64,000 bases of DNA, taken from NCBI RefSeq assembly GCF_009914755.1, contig NC_060926.1, one strand, 5' to 3'. Below the pieces are notes generated by a model that was given only the letters and a program-made list of their open reading frames with translations, was not told the origin of the DNA and made no database searches. Position 1 is the first letter of the stretch. Every line of letters begins with the position of its first letter. Of this stretch, positions 14,876 through 28,849 are shown in pieces. Source of the stretch: the human T2T-CHM13v2.0 reference genome, Homo sapiens. The position numbers and the translations under genes are program-made.

Positions 14876-15799
14876 TAACCCACTGCCTCAAGCTGGCATC
14901 CTCCCATCCCCACACACCCATCTGTTGGCCCTGCTGCTCTCCTTCCTCTTTCTGATCTCAGGCCATGGGGGCAGAGAAATTGGGCAAATGTGTCTCCAGA
15001 CTGGGCTGTGTAGGCTGAGGGTGGCAGGTTCCATGCCTTAGAACTGGACTCCTGGGTCATCCTGCCCTATCACTGACACTGCATATCTCAAACCCAGGAA
15101 ATATCTGTACCTGTCGCTTGCCTCTACTTACCCTCTGCTTAGTAAACCACATTTAGGATGGGGAACCCATGAGGAAGAACCCAGAATCAGCATGAGGAGG
15201 GGTTGAGGACTTTGCCTAATCGTGCAGATGGAGGCAGCCTGGACAGGTAAAAAGTCTGCCCTTCTGCAGAAGCTCTTCCCGGCGGGGGACACCACCAGCC
15301 TGTGTGTCATCCCTGCTGCCTCTGGAAAACCCTCTCTGAATCAGAGGTGCTGGGTGTGTGTGTGCCTGTGTGCAGTGGCTCCTGCCAGCAGGCCTAGTAG
15401 TCCTGTCAACTCCTCTTCCCCTAACAGCTCAGAGAAGCTGCAGTCCATTCCCTGTCCTCCCTCTCCGACTTCTGGGTGACCCACCCTGACAATCCCAGAG
15501 TGGCTTGGGCTGGGGATGGCAGGAGGTTTTGTCACTCACTTCTGCTCACACCCACCTCCTGGCCTGGTATCTCAGGCCTTGACTTTTGGGAAGGATGGGG
15601 GCCCTGCCTCTGGGATGGGCCTAGCTGGGTATCTATCTCTCTTCTCAGTGGATTGTGTGGGACATTGTGGGCACCCCGTAGCCCTAGCTCCTTAGGTCTT
15701 GTCCAATTTTCAGTGGAGGTGGAGTGGGAGAGGTACACATACACCTTGTAGCCTTGGGTCTTGAGGCTTCTTGGGGAGTCAGGCTGTACCTCAAATTCG

Positions 15800-16720
15800 G
15801 AAAACTCAGAAAGCCGCGGCCCTTCCCTTTTCACCAGGACCCCTGCTTGCATCCCCTGGGCCCCCAAGTCAGGGGCCACCCCAGCCTCCACCAGCCCAGC
15901 CCCAGGCCTCCCGCCCCGCCCCGCCCCGCCCCCGCGCGCTCCCTCCTCCCTCCCCCGCGCGCCCCGGGCGCTGTTTCTACCCGGCCGAGCCCAGCCCGAC
16001 GCGTGTGGCGGCATGCAGCCGCGAACTAATCCCCGCGGGCCGCGGCAGACGGCTCCCGGCCCCAGCCGCGCCGCTCTCAGAGGGCAACCCCCTCCCTGCC
16101 CCGCTCTCCCGCCCCCTCCCGCCCCACCGCCGCCCGGGCCCCTCCAGCCGTCCAGAAGCGGCTGCCCGGGACCCCCGGGTCCTGCCCAGCTCGGGCCACA
16201 CGCTCCTCCCTGTCCCGCCGCCTGCGCGCCGACACGAACGGACGGGCCTCTGCACCATTCATGCCCCGGCTGGGCCGGGCCGGCGCTCACCGCCGCCGCG
16301 GGCCCGCTCCTACCCTCGGGTTTCTAGGTCGTCCGCGCTGCCCGCAGCCGCGTTTCCCTTCGGGGCCCTCGGGTACCCCATGAGGACTCCGTAGCCCTGG
16401 CTTTGGTTTCTGCCCGCCGGGGACTGGGATAGGCGCGGAGGTTCTCACTTCTGCCGCTTCGGGTGAGGCAAGGCAAGCTCTGCATCCCTCTCCTCGGCCT
16501 TGGTGTCCCCTCTGTCCTCCTGTTCCCTTTAGACCGAGTGAATCCAGGTGCCCTGAGTGGCTCGCTGGGTCAGGCCCGCGCGGCCTGCTGGAGGACCTTG
16601 GGGTCTTTGAAGCCTGGGGGAGAGTTCAGAGCGGCAGAACAGCGCAGGGCTGGCTGGGTGCCAGGCGCTCCCGGGTTCACCTGCAGTTTAATAAGCTCGA
16701 GGTGAGCTGGGGGGACGGGT
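15800..16720. promoter_or_regulatory. intronic CpG island in WNT10A intron 2
   Basis: Extreme GC/CpG with tandem CCCCGCCCCGCCCC boxes near 15905-15935. Confidence 0.8.
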
Positions 16721-18239
16721 GGAGGGGGGAGGTTAGGGCTGGAGGGGGACGACTTGCCGGGGCTAGCCAGGGCAGGGAGGCACTCAGCATGGGGAGGGAG
16801 TGGGACAGTGGCTGGGCACTTTCCCTTGGCCTCAGGACACTGGCCTACCTCTGTGGCTTCCGCTCCCCAGCTCCCTATCAACGCCCCTCATTGCCACACC
16901 TCACACCTCATTTCTACCTCTACTTCTACCTTCTACCTTCTACTTCTCAGAAGGGACTCTGTGCTTCTGGAAATAAATCTGCCAATCCTCTCCTCCACTG
17001 GCCACCACTGCACCCCTGACTCCACCTGCAGGTTCATCCTCCTGGGGGGCAGTCATTTCCCAGTCCATCTTGGCCCATCTTCTGGAGGACTAGCTAAATT
17101 GGAATCCCATGAAGCCACTCACGGTGTCAACCAGCCCCTGGTCTACTTCCTTCCACCAGGAATCTCCTTTCTTTCCAAGTTATGGATGTCCATTGTGTGG
17201 GGTCAGGTGACCTCCGTTTCCTCCAAGTGGAATATCTGGGTGCTGACCCCTTTTCTGACCCATGTTATCAATGGGTTAGGATCCTCTTAAGTGTGGATTC
17301 TGCCATGTTTAAACTTCAGACACTGATTGGGTTGGGGTCCCAGGTCCCTTGGGCCTTCTTTAATGCTGTTACTATCACCTAATTGTCCTGACACCTTCTC
17401 TGTAATGAGCTGGGCTGGAGGGATGGGGTTTTGATAAAGGGAGGGAGAAGAGGGCTTGAGCATCTGAAGTGGACAAGCCTGAAAAGGTGAGGCATGCAAT
17501 AGGGCTTTGCCCAGCCAAGGAGAGGGGATGAGGGGGTGCTGGAGCCTAGGCCATGGGGGACAGGGACAGGGGCCTCCCGTGGGAATAGAGAGGGTCAGAA
17601 AAAGCTGTGGGAGGGCACCAAGCCCATGCTAGCTGCTTCACCTAGTCCAGGAGCAGTAATGACCTTAGTGCCAATGGCACTGGTAGCCCCAGCTTTTTGT
17701 GCTAAGAACCTAGATGGTTGGTTCCTGGGCTGGGTACTGGGCAGAACATCTGGTAGAGGGGAGTGGATCACTGTGAGGTACAGAGAACCCCTTCTCTCAC
17801 TGTGGACATGAGGACAGGAGGGAAATTTGAGGAGGGGGCTGCTGGGAGCTGGGCTCAGCACTGGAGTAAGAGAGGAGGAGAGGTCAGGGAGAGGCTTGAT
17901 GGAGGGAAATGTGGTAGATTCACACAGCAAGCCCTGGGAACTCCCACACAGTTTAGGTACTGTCTTCCCTAAGGCCCAGACCCATCTGGAATAGATGGAA
18001 AGAGAGGGCATGAGGCCCTGCAGCCATGCTCTCAGCCCAGGGGAAGCCAGTAGTGTGGGTTTCCAGGCTCTGCTCTCCACAGCCCCGGCCCATTTTTCTC
18101 CCACCTCCTTTTTACATTTATCCTCTTGGTTTTATGCCTAGGCCTCCAGGGATTGGGGTGGTGCTCAGATGGGGAAACCAAGGCATGGGCACTCATATCC
18201 CAGGATCACCTAAGGTTCAATTATTCTAACGATACCCAA

Positions 18240-18470
18240 TTAATTAGCCAACACATACTAAGCACCTGCTGTGTGTTAGGCACTGCTCTACAGCATTTTA
18301 TCCATGCTTTAGGACCCTCAAACAGTCCCCATGTGGTAGGTCCTATTATTATTATTGTACAAATGAAGCTAAGAGAAGCTGGGGAACTTGCCATTAGTCA
18401 CACAGCTTAAAAGTGAGCCATAGATCTAGGAGTCAAATGCAGGCCAGCTGACTTTAAAGTTTGCACCCAA
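18240..18470 (-). mobile_element. MIR
   Basis: TAAGCACCTGCTGTGTGTTAGGCACTG...ATTGTACAAATGAAG...TCACACAGCT. Confidence 0.6.
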
Positions 18471-20159
18471 TCCCCTTCTATACTATCTCCCAAGTTGGAA
18501 GGCCAACACTAAGTCCCGCTGTGTACCCAGAGAGGTGAGCTGGTGCAATGGGGGAGCATGCCAAGAAGTGAAACTGATATGCATACGTGCACGCACACAC
18601 ACACACACACCAAACACCTACTCCTGTTTTTGCATATGTGTGGCTCCATTCAGTGTCATGCCTAAGTGTTCCCACATGCACACTAGTCTCTCTCTCTCTG
18701 CCCAGGCACATGAGCAATGCACAGATTATTTGCATGGAGAGAATGGAGACCAGACCTCTCCCCTTCCCTCCCTCTTTGACTTGAATGGGTAGGGCTCAAG
18801 CTTCTGTAACCCCTTCTAGTTCCCATTGGCTCCTGAATCCTCTCTCCTCCACCCTCCCCTACCCTCCAAACCTCCTCCCCCAGCCCCTTCCCAGCCGTTG
18901 GCTGCTGTGGCCTGTAGCAGCAGCTGACTCCACTTAGATGCTGGCAGTCCCTGTCCCAGATCAAAGGCAGGGCGGCTAATTGTGTGTCTTAACGAGCCGC
19001 CCCCCACCCACCCCCCCACCGCTGCCTCCCTGCTCCGGGCAGCCCAGCTGGCCATGGCCCCACCCGCTCCCCCTCCAGCTGGCCAGATGGCACAGTGCCT
19101 GTGTCTGCCCCAGACAGCTGGGGCCAGAACCGAAACTGGGGCCCTGAACAGGAGCTGGGTGCAGACCCAGTGGGCTGGGCTTCTATGAGGCCTGGATACT
19201 TGCAGCAGAGGGTGGCCACACAGGCCCTGCCTTGTCACCTCTGCACGTGGCTATGACAGCTGTCAGAGGCCACAGGGTGGTGTAGGGAAGGTGTCTTTAG
19301 CTGCATGGGGTAGGGGTGTTCTCTGCCGCGGTGGGGTACGTTTCTCCAGTTTCCCCAGGCTTACCCTTAAATGTGACAGGGCCTAGAAGATGGTGGTTGG
19401 CACTGTACACATCCCTGGACCAGCCTCATCCTCTTTCCTGGTGCCATGCACAGACAAGTCGATAGGAACTAGAAACTGAGCTACCTGGGTTTCTTTCGCA
19501 GCAGCAGGACTCCCTTTGAGTCACATGTCCTACAATAGAAAGATGCCAGACCTGGGAGCTGGGAGAGCTGGGTCTGGATGCAGCTCCATAACTTCTGTGA
19601 CCTGTGTTTTCTCCTTTTGCATAATGTGTATGTGTTTGGTAGTGGTGGCAGTGTGTGTGTGTGGGTGATTTCTGAGACCTGGGCTGCCTCTGGAGGTCTG
19701 AGTATTGCCATTGTGTCCTAGGAGCAGGCTGATGACTCCCCGGCAATAAGAGAAATGCTCAAAGTTCCACAGATAAAAGGCAAGGGATAAATGCAGGATG
19801 TGCTTCCCAGGAGCTTGGTTCCATCCTCCTTCCCCTTAGGTTCCACTTCCCCAGGGCAGTTTCTACTCCTCTGCAGCTCCTGCTAATTCCCAGCATCCCC
19901 ATAGAAGGTTCCAGCCCCATCCCCAGCCCCTCTTCTCTGCTCATAGCTGAGCTCCTTATGCAAAAATGTACTGAGATGCCATGAGATGGAAAGAGAGAGG
20001 GACAGTCTGCTTCATAGGCATCTGGTGGCCCAAGTGACCTATTCTAAAGTGGGTCATGAGCTGCTGGGCTTTGTCCCTGATCAGGGTGAAACAAAAAACA
20101 ATGGCCCAAAAAATGCAGCAGGAGTGAGTGAGGTCAGATAGCAGAAAGAACTTCTCAAT

Positions 20160-20375
20160 AATAGCTAATGTTTGAGTAATACTTCCTCGATTAGTAAGGC
20201 ACTATTCTAAGCACTTTAAATTTACCAGTTCATTTAATTCTTGGAACAACAATGAGGCAGATAATAGCTCTATTTTATAGGTAAGGAAACTGAGGCACAG
20301 GGAGGTTAAGTCACTTGGCCAAGGTCACATAGCTATTAGCAGCTAGTAAGTGGAAGAGCCAAGATTTGAAGTAAA
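20160..20375 (-). mobile_element. MIR
   Basis: ATTTTATAGGTAAGGAAACTGAGGCACAGGGAGGTTAAGTCACTTGGCCAAGGTCACA core. Confidence 0.8.
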
Positions 20376-21250
20376 CTGGTTTCAGGAATTAGTTCTTAAC
20401 TACTAAACAGCTTGTTCTGTTTCTTTCTGTTATTTTTTGTTTGTTGGTTGTTTTTGGTTTTGGTTTTTTTGTTTGTTTTGGCAGGAAGGGGAGGACAGGG
20501 CTCTGTGATGCAGTGGGTGAGGATTAAGGTGGGATTGGCCCAGGCCTCTGGCTTCTCTTGCTGCCTGCCCCCTCTCTGGTGTGCGGAGGCTGGTTGGAGA
20601 CTTGTACCAGAACTTGTTCCTAGCTGGTCCATTCTCAGATGCAGAATAAGCAAAAGATAGCTTGCATGTCTGAGAATGGGACCCTCCTTTGCAAGTAGGC
20701 CTCCCCCTGCCACAGGTCCAGGTGTTCCCAGAGAATGGCTCAGGTTGGAGCACCAAGAAGGAAGGCAGTGTGGACAAGCCAGTGGCCAGGCCGGCCTAGC
20801 CGCGGCCCCCAAGAGTGGCTTGGTCAGGGAAAATCTGTGCCTCCTGAACATCTGGTGGAAGGTATCTGCCTCAGCTTGCCCTTCCTTCTCCATGTTCAAC
20901 ACTACTACATGCCAGACCCCATGCAGGACCCTGGGCTTCCCTCTAGCGTACCTCCAACAGCCTCTGCAGCTGACCTGGGTGGGTCACAGGCAAGGTGGCT
21001 GGGTAGCGCCCATTTCTGAGTGGCTTTCAGGGATGTCCTGTGGACAAGCAAGGGGAAGCTCTGGTGACCCATTTCTTTGCCTCTGGAGTCTGGTCATTAG
21101 GGAGGATCCTATGCTGTGCCTAAGATGGGCACGCACCCAGCAGGCTATCTTGGGGCAGGGAGCATTAGGAGCTGACCGTCTCCTCTTACTTACTCTGCTG
21201 CCCACTGACATCTCCTAAGGCCTGGAATTTCATCATTGACAATTTATTCT

Positions 21251-21922
21251 CTTTTTTTCCAAAATTGTGTACATTTTATTTTATGAAATATCATTTTATT
21301 TATTTATTTATTTATTTCAATAGGTTTCTGGGGAACAGATGGTGTTTGGTTACATGAATAAGTTCTTTCGTGGTGATTTCTGAGATTTTGGTGCACCCAT
21401 CACCCAAGCAGTGTACACTGCACCCAATGTGTAGTCTTTGATCTGTCACCTCACACCCAACCTTTCCCCAAGTCCCCAAAGTCCATTGTGTCATTCTTAT
21501 GCCTTTGCATCCTCATGGCTTAGCTTCCACTTATAAGTGAGAACATACGATGTTTGGTTTTCCATTCCTGAGTTACTTCACTTAGAATAATAGTCTCAAA
21601 TTCCATCCAGGTTGCTGTGAATGCCATTATTTTGTTCCTTTTTATGGCTGAGGAGTATTCCATGGCATATTTATACTGCAATTTCTTTATCCACTTGTTG
21701 GTTGATGGGCATTTGGGCTGGTACCATATTTTTGCAATTACAAATTGTACTGCTGTAAACATGCGTGTGCAAGTATCTTTTTCGTATAATGACTTCTTTT
21801 CCTCTGGGTAGATACCCAGTAGTGGGATTACTGGATCAAATGGTAGTTCTACTTTTAGTTCTTTGAGGAATCTCCACACTGTTTTCCATAGTGGTTGTAC
21901 TAGTTTACATTCCCACCAGCAA
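21251..21922 (-). mobile_element. 5'-truncated L1 (L1PB-like) in WNT10A intron 2
   Basis: ORF 21520..21879(-) encodes the L1 ORF2 C-terminus ([24 protein letters not shown]), with 3' UTR and A-rich tail. Degenerate 20-bp TSD at 21231-21250 and 21923-21942. Confidence 0.9.
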
Positions 21923-22291
21923 CATCACTGGCAATGAATTCTTTAGCTTAAATGTTGCCCTCATTCTGTGGGCTTATTTTAAAATTGCAGATACCACTGT
22001 GAGAGGTAATAGATTAAGTCCCTGATTGTAAAAAGAATGTGTTTACCTGATACTTTCTGCTCTACAGTAGAGATGTAGACACACAAATTCTGAGTTTGCT
22101 AAAGGTGATGTTAAAGAACAGGAGAAGGGCGTACAAAAAGCAGAGGGCTATTGGGAAGCCTCCCTCCCACCCCACCAGGTTCTGTTTGCAGAAGAACTGG
22201 CTTCTGGCGTGATTTCTGCCCTTCTTTGACTCTGTTTCCTTGTGCCAGACTCTCCTGCATACTGGGCTTCAGTTTCTCCTTGGAATGATGA

Positions 22292-22864
<573 letters not shown>

Positions 22865-23384
22865 TGACCCTGTCTAATTCAACAAACATGCACTGAGTAT
22901 GCACTGTGCACCAGGCACTGGACTAGGCCTGGGGATACAGGGCAGAAACAAGCCCTGTTGCCCTGGATCAGCATACCACCTGCTGAGCAACCTGCTTCTC
23001 CTACTTCCTCGGGTGATCACCCAGGAGAAAGGACAGGGGTGCAGTCAGGACTTCAGGAGTCTAGGCCTGGAGCTCCCATCTGACTCCTCCCCTATAGAGT
23101 GACAAGGTTGAACTAGATCATCCCTAAGGTTCCCCCCAATGCTAATGTTCCATGATCCAGTGATCTCTCCCAGCCTTTCTGTGCAGTCTAGAATGAGGGA
23201 TTCCTGCAAAGTAAGGGGTGTAAGTGAAGTTCCTAGGGGCCACTGGGGAACTGTGTTATGGTGCCTTTCTCCTTTATCCTCTGTCCTCAAATGCTCCTAC
23301 TACCTCAAGGGTCATTCATTAAAAATAAATTAAATACATACACACATACATAAAAAAGCAGCAGAAGAAAGGATAGTGGTAATA

Positions 23385-23612
23385 GCCTGCATTTATTGAG
23401 TGCTTACTATGTGTTAGGCACTGTCTTGAGCACTTTCCTACATATTAACCTATTTAATCCTTACAACTACCTATGAAGTGGGCACTGTTATTAACCTTAT
23501 GTTGAGATATGGAAACTGAGGCATGGATTGACCAAGAAGCTTGCCCAAAATGATGCAACTAGTGAGAAGGTGGTCCAGGCAGGGTTCATCCCCAGGCAGT
23601 TGACCTTTGAGC
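23385..23612 (-). mobile_element. MIR
   Basis: CATTTATTGAGTGCTTACTATGTG...GGAAACTGAGGC. Confidence 0.75.
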
Positions 23613-24680
23613 CTGTTCTCTTTTGTTCTACAGCGTTGAGTCCACATTCTGATGCCCTGTTGGCTCTCATGGTAGCTCAGCACTGTCCTTTCCTGAGCAT
23701 TCCATCTCCATCATCCCTTCTTTTGACTCTGCTCAGCCTGTTGAGGCCTTTTACCTGGCTTCCTCTCACTCTGGCTGGCACCTTCTCCATCTCACTCTTC
23801 TTTCTCTTGGCCTCTTAGCCCACGATGGGTCATCTTCCTGCACAAAGCTGATTCAGCAATTCCCATCTTGACTTAGAGGCGGGGTAAACTGAGGCACACT
23901 TACCCTTGGGTCATGTCCAGCTCCCACCCAGCCTGCCCTGTACAGCTCTTTTCCCAAGCCTCACCGCCATCCCAGCCCATACCAACGGTGCCTCCTCCTC
24001 CTCCTCCTCGTTAAACTGGTTAATTAATGGCTGCTGCCCGTGGGAAGCAGATGTTCTGGAGCTGTTGGCCTGGGGAGGCATTGGTCTGGTTCCCACGTGG
24101 TGCTGACAGCACAGGCTGCGCATGCACGCTGTGGAGCCCTTTCAGACCTCGAGGGGAAGGCGCCCTCTCTTATGGCCCTACTGCCCAAGTTTAAGGGCCC
24201 TGGATCATTGCCGTCCCTGTCTCAGGGTGTGTTTTCGGAGTGGACTGAGGGAAAGGAGGGGATGTGGCCAACTTCTTACGGGGTTTCTGGTGAAAATGTC
24301 AAAGGGTTCTTAGTAAGGAGACTCTAGAGCAGGTTGTGAGCTGGGTTGGGGGCGGCTGGGTTGCGTTCCCATAACCACCTCCCTTGGAGGCCTGAGACCT
24401 TCTCCACTTTCACTGAGCTGGAGAGCCTGGCTCTCTCCGGTTCCATTCTGTATTAGGTAGAGCTTTGGCCCCTGGTGGCGCTGACTTTTCCTAGGACGAA
24501 CCATGGGTCTCAGCATAGTGCAGAATGAGCCCCAGGCAGCATAATCGGGGACAGTTTCCCCAGCACTTGTCCCCCTCCTTTGGCTCTCTACAAAGAGATG
24601 TAGGGGGAGCTGGAGAGGGAAGGACTGAGAGGGGGACCAAGGCTTTCTGAAACTCACCGAACACCCCTCCACCCACCCCA

Positions 24681-24681
<1 letters not shown>

Positions 24682-24728
<47 letters not shown>
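24682..24728. repeat. (CA)n microsatellite, WNT10A intron 3
   Basis: About 23 uninterrupted CA units. Confidence 0.95.
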
Positions 24729-24730
<2 letters not shown>

Positions 24731-25079
24731 CCTGGAGCGAGATACAGCGGGGCCAGCACCCTCCTGCTCCTGGCCCCTACCCCAGGGGTGGCAGGAGAGG
24801 GAATTTCCCTGCCTATTTGGGATCCCCCTTCAGGAAGCAAGAGCCTCCAGCCCCAAGGGCCCCCTGCAGCTGCTGGAAAGGCGGGCAGGAGAGGAGGGGA
24901 GCCGGCAGGTGGGAATTCCCCCGGGGCCTGGCCTGGTGGGAGGTGGGTGGGAGAGGCAGAGGCAGAGGCAGAAGAGCAGGTACAGAAGTTCTTCTGACTG
25001 CCTGGTTGTGGGACCCTCGCTCCCGGCCTCAGCGTTTGCCTCTGTATAATGGGAGTGGGTTTCAGAAGCAGGCCAGGCT

Positions 25080-25670
<591 letters not shown>

Positions 25671-26104
25671 GTCCCCTCCTGGAGCCTGGCCCTCTGAGGC
25701 TTACGGTCTTGGCAAGGCAGCATCGCCTTGGCTCTTGGGAAGAGGAGATTGGACCACATGATCTTATAGGAACCCCTCAGCTCTGAGGTCTGTGATCGCC
25801 GGACAGTCCAGGCCTGTCTGAACCCCACCACTCACTTCTGTGGGCTCTAGGACTGACTGGGTTCTTCCTCCCTCCCCGAAGCCCAGACAGTTCAGTTGGG
25901 CTGGGGGTTGCTCCACACCCTAAAACAAGCCTCAGCCAGGCAACCCGTCAGTCTGTCTCCATCCTTTCACCCCTTCCCTGGAGATGGGAGGTGGGGAATG
26001 AATGGAAGCTGACGGGCAGAGAGAGGAGGATTAAAAAAAAGAAATAGACATAACTGAGCTGAAGTAATTCCATAAAGGGCCCAGACAGCCTCCTCCACCA
26101 TTCC

Positions 26105-26820
26105 CTTCATCATTCATTTAACAAATATTTATTTTGCACTCTCTTTGCGGCACTCTGGGGGCGGTGGGGTGCGTGGGGGTGGCAATGCAAGGCACTGAGG
26201 CCACAGATGTGAGTAAGCGAGACACAACACTTGTCCTCTTGGAGGTTACATTCTTGCTGGGGGGAGGCATGGGCAATAAACAAGTAAATATACAAACAAG
26301 GTCATTTCAGACAATGCTGTGTGCAGGCTGCTGGGTGTAGGGGGATTTATGGGGAGTGGGGCTCCTCAGACAAAGCCACTGTTTTTTCAGGGAAGGCCTC
26401 TGTGAGTTGTGATACCTATGCTGGGACCTGCATCATAAGCCATGCAAAGAGTATGGGTAAGGGCATTCCAGGCAGAGGCCATGTGAAGGCAGAAAGTGTG
26501 AGCTGAGAAAGATCTCTGCCTGCTGGAGAAACAGCAAAGGGGCCATTGTGATTGCAGTGAAGAAATCAAGGGACAGACTAGCAGGAGAGGTGTTCAGAGG
26601 GTGGGCAAAGGTCACATCGTGTGTCTCTCTAAGCCAAAGTAAGGAGTTGGGGTTTTATTAAAGAGGAATGGGAACCTTGAGATCCTTAAGCAGGGGAGTG
26701 TCCTGGTCCAAGTCTCACATGGATCGCTGATGGGGAACTGGCTGAAGGGGGATGAGGTGACAGCTGGTAAGCCAGTGAGGAATAACAACCATCTTCTAAG
26801 TCAGAGATGGGGCTTGGACT
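26105..26820 (-). mobile_element. L2 3'-end fragment overlapping the WNT10A 3' end
   Basis: CATTCATTTAACAAATATTTATT...GGAGGTTACATTCT...CAATAAACAAGTAAATA...GGGAAGGCCTC...GCATTCCAGGCAGAGG...TAAGCAGGGGA, the antisense L2 signature. Confidence 0.75.
26275..26280 (+). terminator. WNT10A: probable WNT10A polyadenylation signal AATAAA
   Basis: First AATAAA after the stop (~635 nt). A variant ATTAAA at 26030-26035 runs into a genomic A tract. Confidence 0.7.
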
Positions 26821-28849
26821 GGTTGGAAGCAGTGGGGATGTCGAGAAGGGCTCTGGTGCCAGAGCTCTAACCGCCCACCTTGTGCCTGAGCCCTCTGCCA
26901 CAAGCCAGGACGAGTGGCCGTGCCCAGCAGCAACTGTCTGCAGAGACAGGAGGCACTCAGAGGAGTAATCCTGGGCAAGACCCAGCTCAGCCCAGCCCAG
27001 CGCCCCGGGGAGCAGGTGGGGCCAGGAGGCGCGGCTGGGAAAAGGGTGGCGGAGGAGGGCCCGGAGACTCACTGTCTGGATTCTGGTCTCTCTGAGTCCA
27101 GGCAGGGTATGTAAGTAAGGTGCAGGGGGCACATTCTTCCTGGGCCTCTTGTGCTCCCAGATCCCCATATCAGGGTGCTCCTTAGCAGGTCAGCAATCCT
27201 TCCCCACCCTCATGTCCCTGTGAGGACACTGTTGAGCAGTTTGGGTCCAGTGTTGCACTCTCCTTCGCTCTCGGATCTGATGTTTTCTGGAACAGACCCT
27301 CAAGGAGGAGGGCGGTGGAGAAGGGAGTGAGGTCAGGATCTCAGGGAAAGAACACTTTACCTACTGCATCCAGGCCTCTTGCTGCTCACACTTGAGGATC
27401 CCGCTGGCTGCCTCAATTTACCCTAGAATAGCACCCCTCTTGATGAACCAGGCAAGGATGAAGACTTGTTCCTTTCCCCAGTGATCAGCCAGCACAAATC
27501 CTCCATACTTTCCACCCCTGATCCATGTCTCCCTACCCCTGAGTAGAAGTGAGAAGGAAATGGGGGCCTCTTAGTGATACACCCCAGTAGGCCCACCAGC
27601 TGGAAGATTTGCCTCCATGAGCTTGCCCCTCATCTCCTTCCCCTCCAAATGCCAGCAGCTCGCAGGCATGCCTGTGGCAGAGGGGCTTCCGAATGCTCAG
27701 CTCTGCTGCTTCTCTGGAGGACAGGGTTTCTTTCCCCATCCCCCAAAAGACAGCCCCACAGGCGGGCGGGTGAGAGTCCCCCAGGAGGAGGGGTAGGCAG
27801 GAGCAGCCAGACACACCTGCCTCATTCCTTTCCTCTTGATCACCTAGGAGAGAGCTGTGGGGGCTGGGTTTTCCACCCGCTTCCTCCCTCCCATCCCAGG
27901 GAGGAGGAGAGAAGAGGTGGGGGAAATGGAGGCCTAGGGTTGAGGGGGTGCTGCCATGCCCAGCAGTGTCCACTGCAACATTAGCCTTGGCCTAACCCTC
28001 CTCTGCCTTCAAGGCTTAAGGAGGATGACCAAGCTGGGGGAGGGGAGACTGAAGATGAGAGGTAGAGGATCAGGACTGGGATAAGAAGGTGGGAGCAGCC
28101 ATGCTGCAGAGCATGTGTTGAATGCAGAGAGAGGGGTGGGTGGTTGGGTGGGGCAGGGGGCTGGACCCGGAGTTGTAGGGAGGACACATGTTTTAATGAC
28201 ATAAGTCAAGGTGATCTGATATGTGTTAGCCTAACTTGTGAAGCCCAGAAGCTGATGAGTTCTGGGACCAAAGGTGACGCCCACGGTTGAAAGGGGTTGT
28301 ATGGGACTTGATAAGGGACCTAAATTAGGAAAATGTGGAGGTGATGGAGGGTGGGAAAATGGGGCCCAAATGGCACTGAGCTTATGCATGCTGGATGAAG
28401 GGTGTGGCAGGGATCAATAAACTGACAGGAAATAGGGGAAATGGGCTGGAATAAAGTGGGAGGGTGCAGTTTAGATGGGAGGAAGAACTTGCCAACAGCC
28501 TGGGAAAGATCAGAGGTGAGACTTGGAAATGAGAACAGAAGGTGGGTAGAGATCATTCAGAGAAGGAGAGGACCTCCCCTGCCACCAACAACTGTCACCT
28601 GATGGATGCTAGGTTACCTCCTTGCAGGAGGGAAAAGTAGGAGGAGGAAGGGCACTAACAGAATGAGGGTGGTGGACAGATTAGAAGGCAGTGGTGGGGT
28701 TAAGGGTCAGGGAGAGGCAGCCAGGCTGGGGTGAGATCAGAACGCAGGCATCCCGCTTTGCAGTCACTCAAGGTCCAGGGTAGAGGCACTCAAAGGTAGA
28801 CTTGGAGTTGTAGGAGTGCCCCGGCCGGTGAGAAACAAGGTCAGGGTCA

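Noticed and set aside
15532-16394. 188-252 aa ORFs in the intronic CpG island
   Set aside because: Stop-codon depletion from extreme GC; all frames are open and composition is uninformative.
26030-26041. ATTAAA as the main WNT10A poly(A) signal
   Set aside because: It merges with a genomic A run, so apparent 3' ends here could be internal priming; kept only as a possible minor site.
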